From the NCBI GenBank assembly GCA_028534125.1, contig CM052817.1, positions 81,098,001 to 81,162,000 of the forward strand: 64,000 nt of DNA, in the 5' to 3' direction. This document shows, one piece after another, positions 53,131 through 63,679 of this stretch. The notes beneath the pieces are model-generated. The model was given only the letters and a program-made list of their open reading frames with translations. It was not told the origin of the DNA and made no database searches. Origin of the DNA: Lama glama (lineage: Eukaryota). Made by a program: the position numbers and the translations under genes. Within the stretch, counting starts at the first letter, position 1; each line of letters begins with the position of its first letter.

Positions 53131-53931
53131 ATGGAAATTTTGCCCCTACACCATCCAAACTTAATCATTTGAACCAGAAAGATGAAATTTGAAAAGCTGG
53201 ACTTCCCTCAGTTCCTTAGACTTGGGGTAAATGGGAACCTTAATATAGACATGGCTTCGGAACCCAGTCTTTTGAGTGTTTCCTCACAGTTGTTAGATCT
53301 CCCTTCAGTGGTTGGGACCAGCTGGAACCAGCAGTACAGTTCAGGAGGGGGACCCTGATCCTCGTCTCTGTTTCTCCACTTGGAGAATTTTCTGACTTTC
53401 TGTGACCCTCAGTCACACCCCAAACTTTGGGGTGATCAGTTGCAGTGAAGAAGTCCAGTACTAATGCTTTTGTGGCTCTCCTGGGAGCCCAGGGCTGGGC
53501 GCACATCCCAGGAAGGTGGCCCGGCACGTAGATGTCTGGTGGCGGCTGGGTGGAGGGAGGGTAGTCCTGAAGGAGATAACATCTTGCTGGAACTGAAAGC
53601 TTGAGCAGGACTACCTAAATGAGTTGATACAGATTCTCCTAGTTAAAGGGTGAAAAAGTTAAAAAGCCCAAAGAAGAGAGAGAACTTTGTGCTTTCAAAT
53701 GAATGGAAGATTCCCATATTGACAGAGAGAGCGAAAGACAGAGAAAGAATAGAAAGACAGAAGACAAAAGACAGCCAGAGTCCATGCTATGGAGGGTCTG
53801 AAGAAATTGGATTCTATCTTCAAGGCAATGGTAAAGCGTTGAAAAATGCTAGTAACTTGCATTATAAACAGTTGCTCTAGGTGCAAAGAGAATGCAGAGG
53901 AACAGTTAGGAAGCTGTTTAAAGGTGGTGGC

Positions 53932-54617
53932 ATGGAGATTCCTCAAAAGACTAGGAATAGACTTACCATATGACCCAGGAATCCCACTCCTGGGCTTATA
54001 TCCAGAAGGAACCCTACTTCAGGATGACACCTGCACCCCAGTGTTGATAGCAGCACTATTTACAATAGCCAAGACATGGAAACAGCCTAAATGTCCATCA
54101 ACGGATGACTGGATAAAGAAGATGTGGTATATTTATACAATGGAATACTATTCAGCCATAAAAACTGACAACATAACGCCATTTGCAATAACATGGATGC
54201 TCCTGGAGAATGTCATTCTAAGTGAAGTAAGCCAGGAAGAGAAAGAAAAATACCATATGAGATCGCTCATATGTGGAATCTAAAAAACAAAAACAAAAAC
54301 AAAAACAAAAACCAAACATAAATACGAAACAGAAATAGACTCATAGACATAGAATACAAACTTGTGGTTGCCNNNNNNNNNNNNNNNNNNNNNNNNNNNN
54401 NNNNNNNNNNNNNNNNNNNNNNNNNNNNNNNNNNNNNNNNNNNNNNNNNNNNNNNNNNNNNNNNNNNNNNNNGGAAATATACACAAGATCTTATGGTAGC
54501 TCACAGAGAAAAAAAATGTGACAATGAATATATATATGTTCATGTATAACTGAAAAATTGTGCTCTACACTGGAATTTGACACATTGTAAAATGATTATA
54601 AATCAATAAAAAATGTT
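53932..54617 (+). mobile_element. Young 5'-truncated LINE-1 with 12-bp TSD (contains the 100-N gap), inserted in an L2 fragment
   Basis: TSD aaaggtggtggc at 53920-53931 and 54618-54629; target TT/AAAG. The ORF2 C-terminus WRFLKRLGIDLPYDPGIPLLG...WKQPKCPS...WYIYTMEYYSAIK...SLICGI* is uninterrupted. AATAAA at 54605. Confidence 0.97.
54373..54472. other. Assembly gap, 100 N
   Basis: Read directly. Confidence 1.
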
Positions 54618-55540
54618 AAAGGTGGTGGCTGTGCAGAAGAAGAGAAATGGGCAAAGTCTAACGAGGTAACTAGGAGGTAGGAGTGATGGCAGATCTGACG
54701 AGAGAATGAAGACCAGGGAGTGGGCCAGGTATCGCCTCTGGCTGAGCTGCCAGGCGCACAGCAGGCAGTTTCCTGAAGAGTGGTTTTATAGGTCAGGCTG
54801 GAGGTGGAGGTGGAGGTGGGGGCAGCGCACTGGGCAGAGGATAGGCTGAGCGCAGGTTGAGCGTGAGGTGCCCGCGGGGCTTCTGAAGGGGGATGTACAG
54901 CAGAAAGTTGGAGGCAGGAGACTGGAATGTCCATGATGAAGTTGGCATGTCCTTCCACTGGCAAAGCGGTGTAGTTTGGCTGTGGTTTCCCATCTGGAGA
55001 GCAAGGCATTGAGCCTGGACACGTGCTTCCTCTCTTTAAAAGTGGCTTTCAGATGCAAAAGAGTAGGAGTGCAGAAGTGCTGACATATACCAGAGAAAAT
55101 GCTCGCTTACTTTACAAATCGACTTTGCCCCAGGCTGTGCCCCGAAACATAGTTCAGAAACTTCAGACATGATGAGCAGAAAAAACGGTACACAAGGGTG
55201 TTCCTCTCACACTGGCAGGAAAAATATTATGAATTTTTGCCCTGTATAAACCATGGTCTGCTTTTTCCAGCACGGCTGGGAGAAATGGTTCCTTGTCTTA
55301 CAAGGCAGCCCTATTCATATAAAAGAATGTGTCTCTTCCCCATAGTACGCCCTTGAGTATAGACAAGTAGCTGTGCAAATAGCCACACAGAAGTACCAAG
55401 ATAAAATGGATCTGGAATTTGGAAATTATTGAAACATTTGCCGATGTTCACGTGTCTTCTGTATCTTCATTCGAACTGTCTATAAAGTAGGCAAGTCTGT
55501 GTATTTACTCTCCTTGCTGAGAGAAATGTGTGCCTTGGAG

Positions 55541-55586
55541 TTTCCTTAAAACTTAAGAATTTCCTTAAAGTTAAGAATTTCCTTCA
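55541..55586. repeat. Short tandem duplication, 18-19 bp unit, ~2.4 copies
   Basis: tttccttaaaacttaagaa tttccttaaagttaagaa tttcctt. Confidence 0.85.
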
Positions 55587-56034
55587 ACACTGTGCATTAT
55601 TGACCTGCTGAAGAAAGATTGTTCAGTTCTGAGTTTTCCTTCTGAGTTTTTGTTAATTGACGTTTTAGAAATTCAAATTACTTTAAGCCCACAGTGGATC
55701 TCCACAAATACTAAACAGTGTTAGAAATACAGCAGCTGAAGTGGCCTGGAAGGCTTATGTTCCGATTGTCTTTCGTGTGACAGGGTGTATAAGAAGGAAC
55801 TCTGTTCCCAGCTATTTAATGGTTTTCATACTTTGATCCTTTGGAGGTTAAAAAAAAAAGAAAGAAAAAGCCTCCAGACCTAAAACCTAATTCTGAGAAT
55901 TCCAGCTGTGGGTCTCATGTTTGCATGCTCTATCTTGGACTTTGTGTGCCTTTGAAAGAGTAAAATGTGAACTCGATGCTTCTGCATGTCACAGTCTTTC
56001 CAGTTCAGATTCAGAAAGGAAATGAGGAAAGAAG

Positions 56035-56240
56035 GGAAATCATATTTATGAAACTCACAATATTGCAGGGGCTGTGGTATTTATTCTTCAGTTTATCACA
56101 ACAATACATTGAGCAAGGGATTTCCAACCCCATTTTTAGGTAAGGAAGCTGACTCTCAGGATATTTGCCTAACTTCACACTGCTAAGTGATGGGTGGAAA
56201 CAAAAGACTGATTTCTGCCTCAGCGTTCATGTCATGTCCA
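56035..56240 (-). mobile_element. MIR SINE
   Basis: ccccatttttaggtaaggaagctgactctcagg...tttgcctaacttcacactgctaagtgatgg. Confidence 0.7.
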
Positions 56241-57082
56241 CTCCGCCAGAGGCTTCCCGATTGGGTTTCCTAGAGCCCCGGGACAAGGGGAGACGCCCTG
56301 GCAGCCACCCTGCCGGGAGAGTGTCAAGAAGGACGGCTGCCGGACTAGATATCGGTTCCCTGTGTTCATTTCAAGCAGAGCAATTCTGCTTTTAGTTGTT
56401 TCACTTACTGTGTTTGCTTAAAATTATTACCTAGGAAAATGGCATCTGCCACTTCCAACTTTTTTCTAAGTTACTGCACCGTAAAATTAACTCTGCTGAA
56501 GCTAATGATTGATAAAACTAGGGAGCCAAAAACAACAACAAAATAACATCACTTCTGGATACAGTAAACGCTGCATATCATTATTTATATTTAAAATTAG
56601 TTTTGTGTCTTTTTCTCCAGTATTTTCTGATAGGAAATCACTTTCCTGTCTATGTTTCTGTGTTTTTAAGGTGTGTATGCAGGACTCTGGAATACTGAGA
56701 GAGAGAGCTGTCTAGATATGCCCGAGAGAGAGCTAATACATAAAGTCTACTATGGAGTGTTTATGAAAGGGACCCATTTTCCAGGGACAAAAAACAAAAA
56801 AACAGAAAATTGTAGCTTAGCTCACTCTGGTTCAGAGAGCAGGGAATGCATTGAAAGAGATCATGATTTCAATTGAGGGCAACTCGCAGTGGATGGCTGG
56901 GTTGGAGGCGAATTCTTGCATTAACCTAGCTTTTAATTTCAGTCAGCTTTATTGAGATGTAATTTACTTGACACTTTACAATCCTGAGTTCTCCTTCCAA
57001 GGAAACTGCTTCTTTTAAATCCGCTACAGAGGGACGTTGCTTAAAATTATTTCTTGCAAAAAGGATGATCACTGCTCTTTGA

Positions 57083-57274
57083 CAGGTGTTCTGAAGCGTG
57101 GTTCCTGGAACAGCAGCATTAGCACCGTCTGGGGGCCTCTGATAGATGCAAATACTCAGGCCTCACCCACTGACCTGTAGCCTGGAAACTGTGTGGGTAG
57201 GGCGCAGCAGCCTGGGTTTTCGTAAGCCACCAGGTGATTCTGATATAATTCATGGTAAAGTTTGGGATCCCCTG
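57083..57274. mobile_element. MER5A MITE
   Basis: gttctgaagcgtggttcctggaacagcagcattagcacc...gatgcaaatactcaggcctcaccc...ccaggtgattctgat...aaagtttggga. Confidence 0.9.
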
Positions 57275-57819
57275 CACAGGAGCTGGCCTTGGAGCAGGCA
57301 TCGCCAGTCTGGAGACTGGCCAGAGGGTGGTGGCACTGCCAAGCTTGTCCCAGAGGTAATGCTAATGAACAAAGCTAGAACTTCCTGAATTGGAATGAGA
57401 AACCTGGAAGAAGTCAACCAGCTGTTAGCCAAAAAAGGTAGAGAAGACACTTAAGTAGAAGCAGAGGCCAGGAGTCAATAAAGTCACATGCACGTCGGGC
57501 CGCTCAGACGCCTGCTGGTGAAAGGGCAAGGTTTCCCACATTCCTACAGTGAGCTCCCATTATGCAAGGTATCTCATGACCAAAAAGGCTTAAAAGCCCC
57601 CTGTCTTCTCAATTCAGAAGCTGCGTGGAGGGAGAGAATAATACTGATGATTGAGCCAAACTTGGAGAGGGGCAAAGAAGCCGTCTTGTTTAGGTACTGA
57701 GACAGTAATGATGCTGGATGCAGAGAGGTCAGACCAACAAGGTCTCGGAAGATAAGTCTTATTCAGACATACAGTTGTCTCCTGTGGAGTAGGTAACCAG
57801 AAGTTACAAGTCTTATAAA

Positions 57820-58095
57820 TAACGTGTTGTGCACTTACTTGTGTGGGATGCTGTTTTATGTGCGTGCGTGTGAGTGTGTGTGAATATATATATGATATCT
57901 GAATTCACTTAAATCACATAATAACCCAGCTGTATTTGTACGATTACTGTATTTGTTTTATTGATAATAACATTAGGGCAAGGGGAAAGTAACTGCCTTG
58001 TTCAGGGACACACATGTGATCTGCTACGGGGTGGGGATTTGCACCCTGGCAACCTGGTACCAGGGCCCATGCTGTCAACTGTGATGCTATATTGC
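57820..58095 (-). mobile_element. MIR SINE
   Basis: aagtaactgccttgttcagggacacacat...gggatttgcaccctggcaacctggtaccagggcccatgct. Confidence 0.7.
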
Positions 58096-60007
58096 TTCTT
58101 GATGGAAGTTATTAAAATTAATCCTCTAGGTTTGGGATTCTATAAATTGCTCGTTTGTGTCTATGGCAACCATATGCAAAGCCATGTGCTTCTAGACACT
58201 CATTTGAAATCACCAGTAACCATAAGAGCCACATGGCTCCTGCGTGTCCCACCAGACATGTGCATATGATTACATTTTGTATATGACTCCTAACGTCTTC
58301 ATCACACAAATGTTCCATATTGAGAACTCTGGTTTTAGTTCCTATAAGAATTGTTCGCATCTGATTTCCTGGTTGTAATCTTGAGCAAAAGAGAGAGAAG
58401 GGAAGAAAGTAGGTACTGTCCTCCCTTTTCTAGATCAGGAATGTATTCCAAAGTTCTGTGGTAGATAGAACAGTGTGAAACCTAAGAGGTTTTCCTAAAA
58501 GATACAGGGGAGGCCCTCCAGTCCACAGGGACAGCATACTTCTAAATCGATTCTGAGAAAGGCACGCTCCTCCTAAGCTATTAGTGATCAGTGCTTTCAC
58601 GTATTTTTAAAATATAGGCTAGTTCAGGGTACATATATAACATATATACAATATATATAAATGTTACTTTTTATTTGTTAAAATGAAAAGGGCATAGGGT
58701 TACATAGCAACTCAATAATAGAGCAGGAGCTAGCAGATGAATCTTTAATTTTTTTTTTTATTGCCGTCTTCAGTGATCATCTGTGATGTGCCAGGGACTA
58801 CACCCATACAGGGGATCTGGAAAAACAGCTCTCCCCTCCCTGTCGTCATCCTCTTGTTACCCAGGCTTTCTCTGATGTGGCTGTAGCATTGTCGCTCTAC
58901 TTGGGTGAGCCAGTGAGCTTGTGCTCTGCAACTGCGGGATCGCCAGGGCTCCGGAAAGGTAGATTGCCACACACTCTACTCACAGCAAGAGTGGTGGCTC
59001 CTAGAAGATTGTGAACCTCAACCTAGCTTTCTGGAAGGGCTAAGGAATGTGCCCACCAGGAGTGATGTACTCCACCAACCCCTGGTGTTCACCCTTGGTT
59101 GCCCTAGAATGTTCTTTCCTTCCGTCTTAAAAAACCATATGTGTGTGTGTGTGTCCCCTTGTGCATGTGTAAGTGGATTGATGAATGAGTGGAGGGTATA
59201 TCAGAAGGGGAAGTGAAACAATTTAAAAGACAGATAAAAGCAGTTGAGACTCCTAGTTCTGGAGCTCCTCCTTCTATCTGACTCCTAGTTCCAGACATTC
59301 TTCTCAGAAGTTTTGTAGAGTATTTTGAAGCCTTCCCTAACATGTCAGGTAACTCACATTTTCCTAAGGGTCTAATCCAGTGGCAACAGAATGTGTTTTC
59401 TCAAGGCTGCTTAATCTGAATCTCTGAGCATCTTTTTGTCTGGTGAGCAAAATGTGTGATCATTTTAGGATTCCTAATTGGCGTGTAACAAGTGCCTGTT
59501 TCATCTAAATGTGAGCCACATGTAATTACAATTTTAAATAAAAAATAAGATATTCTGGTGAAGAAATCTGGTATCTCAAAGAGCAACCATTTGCAAATAA
59601 AAAGCTGCAGAGAACTTCAAATCATGATCGTGAGATCATTGCTTTGTATAATTTATATTGTGGAATCATTAAATTCATTTCCTTCATCATATTCTTAGAG
59701 ATTGTACAAACTGGCTAATGGACTCCCTTTTTAGAAAATGCTATCATATACATCTCTCCACTTCCTTACCATTAAAAAAAAATCCTATTTTCTTTTCACT
59801 TATAAATTCAATCAAAGCATCATATGAAGTACTATAGTAATAAGGTGTAATTAGAAAAATGATGACAACTACAACTCTATTGAATAGTATTACATTAAAT
59901 AAAACAGAGTTGTTATTTTATTATTTATTAAAACAATTTAAGCAAAAACAATGTCATGAACAAAAAGCTTAATGTTAGATTTAAAACCGTCATAGCAACT
60001 AGGAGAA

Positions 60008-60026
60008 GTACCACTAGGTGGAGCCC
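60008..60026 (+). promoter_or_regulatory. Candidate CTCF site
   Basis: GTACCACTAGGTGGAGCCC has one mismatch to CCACTAGGTGGCGC. It is a GC-rich spot in AT-rich unique DNA. Confidence 0.5.
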
Positions 60027-60689
60027 ATGGTTTCCAAGATTTAGGGTAAGTCTCCTGGAGCAGTCCAGGGATGTTTTCTGATTGTTGAGCCACAGTGTTG
60101 TTAGGAATGATCATTAAGCTGATCTATTGGACAATCCTTTGACTATTACAATTAGGAAGTGGGTAATTTGATAATGGGTTAGTCCATTTTTCTTTCTGAA
60201 CAAGTACATAAAAGAATGCAAGTGCTATCAACCCATTTCTGGAAATTAAGAGTAATTTAAACTGATTTTCTGGGAAGGAAAAATCAATAATTTGATAATA
60301 TTATAGCAAAGGAAGTTAGTTATGGGGAAGACTTATTGAAATGCAGTTTTTCTTATTAGTGGGCATCAAATGTCCACTTTAAAAAGAGTTTACAAGAAAA
60401 TTATAACAAGAATGCACTCTAAAATGTACTTACTATAGTCCTATGGTAGATAAAAGAAACCCATATAAAAAGATTATTTAGATTACCTTCATCAAGCAAT
60501 TACAATCTGTTAAGTACATTCCAGGAAAAAAATGTAAATGCAGTCCTGTTATAGCCTAGTAGCTGTTTTAAAATAGCAAGTGAAAGCTTTCCATGCTGAT
60601 GATACACAGTTAAGCCTATTAAAAAGATTTTAAATTACTGACTTCAGAGTCATTCTTTTTATGTTGAATTTATTTTTTTAAAAGTTTAG

Positions 60690-61320
60690 AACTTTTTTTG
60701 AGGTAGAATTGATATAAATATACTGTTTAAATTTAAATTGTCTAATTTGATAAGTTTTCACACACACACACACACACACAACACACACACACACACAAGC
60801 ATCAACACAACAAGGTTGTGAACATATTTATCTCCTTTAAAAGTTTCTTTGTGCTCCCTCACTCCCTTCCCTGCTGGTCCCCTCCCCTCAGGGGACCACT
60901 AATCTGTCTTCTGTCACTATAAGTTAGTTTACATTTTCTATATGGATTCATACAGTGTGAACAGGTTTTTAGTGGGTGGCTAGCTTCTTTCACTGAGAAT
61001 AATTACTTGAGATTCACTACGTTGTTGAATGTATCAATAGTTCATCCATTGTCATTGCTGAGTACTACTTCAAGGTTTGAATATACCATGCTGTGTTTAT
61101 CCATGTATCTGTTAATGGACATTCGGGTTGTTGTTTTTATTTTTTTCCCTCAGTTTGGAGTTATTACAAATAAAGTTTCTGTGATCATTCATGTACGAAT
61201 TTTGTACAGACATATATTTCCTTATCTCTTGGTTGCGTGAAATAGTCATTAGTAGGTATCTGTTTAATGTTTTATGAAACTGCCAAGCTGTTTTCCAAAA
61301 TGGTTGTGCCATTCTTTCTT
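60690..61320 (-). mobile_element. L1MB/L1ME-type LINE-1 3' end containing a (CA)n run at 60759-60797
   Basis: ttgaggtagaattgatata...ccactaatctgtcttctgtcactataagttagttt...gaaactgccaagctgttttccaaaatggttgtgccatt. ORF 61112..61366 includes AQPFWKTAWQF. Confidence 0.9.
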
Positions 61321-61753
61321 CTTTTATGTATAGTGAAGGAAATTTTATGGAAATTAATAAAAGCAATGAATATCATGAGTTACTTAATTTAAGTTAGGAG
61401 AAAAAAAAGACACCTTGCCTTTCCTTCTGTTTAAAACTACACTATCCTACACCACAGTATTGAATTTGTCTCCTGTGTACTGTAGAGGGGCAGAAATAAA
61501 TCCATCATCACTATCTTTAAAATACTTGGGTATGATAAGTAACTTAAACATCACTGAGCAATTTATGGGAAAAAGAAAAGAGCAAATAAAACTTTTATTT
61601 CATCAAAATGCAAACATGATGAAACACCCCAGAACTGTAAACAGTCTGTATGCCTCATAATTTTGTCACTTTAGGTTATGATGAATAAACATCTCAAAAA
61701 AAATTAGAGCAGTTTCTGTTTCAGTGTTCTGTCCTAAATTCAGGCCATGTGTT

Positions 61754-61766
61754 TTTATTCTTTATT
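61754..61766 (-). other. Tandem AATAAA polyadenylation-signal candidates
   Basis: tttattctttatt equals AATAAAgAATAAA on the minus strand. Further copies at ~61881 and ~61922. Confidence 0.35.
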
Positions 61767-62019
61767 GAAAAAAAATTCGATCACCGTATTTCCAGCAAAA
61801 AAGTTTCTCATTAAACTTCTCCAGCAGATTAACTTCTCTAAAAATAAGACATCTTGACATACTTGTAGCATGTCGTTGTCTTTATTCAAATAAGTCATGC
61901 TGGCCATGGTTTCAACTGTACTTTATTATCTTTTTGGAAAAGAATAGCTTTATGTTTTTAAATTAAAGGGAGTACACTGTAAGAAATAAGGTGTCAGTTA
62001 AATATTCTGAAAATGTTTC

Positions 62020-62200
62020 ATTGTTTACCAGCTGTATGACCTTCTATAAATTACTTAATTATCTATATTGGCATCTGTGAAATGGAAATAATAGTTCTGT
62101 ACACCTGCTTTTTTTTTGAGGATTCAGGAAATTAAAACATGTGAAGTACTTGAAAAGTGCTAGTCATATAGTAAATACTCAATAGGTATTACTGTTTATT
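62020..62200 (+). mobile_element. MIR SINE
   Basis: ttaccagctgtatgaccttctataaattacttaa...catctgtgaaatggaaataata...catatagtaaatactcaata. Confidence 0.8.
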
Positions 62201-62431
62201 ATTTCTAAAAGTCTCCAAATATACATGATAGTGATACCTAAATCTATATTGAGAACAACAAAAATACATACAAAGAAACATGTTCAGAAACCCTTCCTTG
62301 CTTTCTTATCTGTAAAGACCATCTCTGTACTGCCTTTAAAACAGAGTTAGAGCTTTTCTACATCTCTAGATTCCCAGTGGCTGGAACAATTTCTTAGATT
62401 CTCAAAGAACTGTGATTTCTTTGTTGGTTTC

Positions 62432-62486
62432 TTAAATCAGATATGTTTCCTGACCCACTGTGATGAATTTGTTAAGTGCGAATCCT
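62432..62486 (-). CDS. Candidate coding start of a terminal exon of an unidentified gene
   Basis: Acceptor ttttaacatgtaatctttgtatttcag|AG with a branch-point-like tttaac. Possible tails by phase: RIRT*, xDSHLTNSSQWVRKHI* or xGFALNKFITVGQETYLI*. AATAAA cluster 0.5-0.7 kb downstream. Protein not recognised. Confidence 0.25.
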
Positions 62487-63104
62487 CTGAAATACAAAGA
62501 TTACATGTTAAAATGAACTACATTTAAATCTGTTTAATTTAGGATTTGTTTAAATGTGTAACTGTGTATTACTTTGGTTACAAAAATGTGAGACACTTCT
62601 TTCAAAGATGGAATAAGCCCATGCATAATAATTCCTTTCAGTTTCAAACCTATTGGATTGATAGATAAAATATTTAAGTACTAGTAATTAAATGAATGAA
62701 CATACTCAAAACAAATGAAAAGTCTCTGTGACCCAGGAACAGACAGGAATTGAAAGCAGTTTGTGTAGCCAAGAAACCCCTGGTGGTGAGGCAGACTCAA
62801 TCTCTGTGTCCATACAAAGCTAGGTCTGGGCAAGACCAGAGGGTTAGAACTTCAGGCTGGGAGAGGGGTCTGAGGGGACCGGGTGCCTCACCTGGTGAGG
62901 GGCTACAGCCTGACTCTTGCTTGACTAAAGCTCCTGGACCATCAGCATCTCAAGTCCTGTTTTTAAAATAGAAAACAATCCAATATTACTGCATCATTTT
63001 TGCAGCTGTAGTTGGATTCCATTTTAATATGATGTCAGAATAGGACAAGGTGAACATCCCAGTTGAGCCCTTTCCATGTTGAGAGAAAGGCAGCCTAATG
63101 CGGT

Positions 63105-63300
63105 GGGGAGGAGCACTGTCAGGGGGGTCAGACTGTCCAGGATGGAATCCCAGCCCTGCCACTTCTAGTGTGTGACTCCAGGCCTCAGTTTCTCCCTTTG
63201 TAACATGTGAGGAACAGCAGTGCCTACAGCAGCGGGTTGTATATGAAATGAGTACGCACTTGGAACTCGGCCCATAGCAGAAACCATGTAACATGTGTTA
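63105..63300 (+). mobile_element. MIR SINE
   Basis: gtcagactgtccaggatggaatcccagccctgccacttctagtgtgtgac...gcctcagtttctcctttgtaacatg. Confidence 0.85.
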
Positions 63301-63679
63301 TGAATAGTGAGAAAGTGTTCATCCTATATATGTGGAGCATCCCGTGTAGGTCAAGCTTTTGAGAAATTGATTATGACATGAAATACTTATTTGGCTACTT
63401 TTGTATTCAATTTTAAATATCCTCCTTTCATGTTTTCCCCCCTAGACTTCAGTCCTTGTATTTAAACACCTAAATGAAGTGATGACCCTGGATTGAAGTC
63501 TCAGCAAAACAGACATTACCTTTCATTGTCAGGTAAGACAGTTTATGCATACTTTTACCTTTGGAAAGTATATTTCTCTTGGCTGGAATTCGTTAGCTCC
63601 AGGAAATTGTGAGAAATGGGGAGTTGAAGTCCCTGAGTGGGCTGTCTTCTCCCTAAAACTTGCTTTGCCTGTTTTCTAG

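Noticed and set aside
53846..54283. 145-aa ORF as a host gene
   Set aside because: It is the L1 ORF2 C-terminus fused by chance to an upstream in-frame ATG in flanking L2 DNA. No promoter or splice evidence.
54596..55058. Overlapping GC-rich minus-strand ORFs (137, 90 and 66 aa; PPPPPPP) and a possible CpG island
   Set aside because: Driven by a short (GGAGGT)n repeat within L2-derived sequence. The CpG patch is only ~150 bp and no domain is recognisable.
63559..63652. Minus-strand exon upstream of the candidate terminal exon
   Set aside because: The donor AAG|gtaaaa is plausible, but the acceptor lacks a polypyrimidine tract (aggcaaagcaagttttag).
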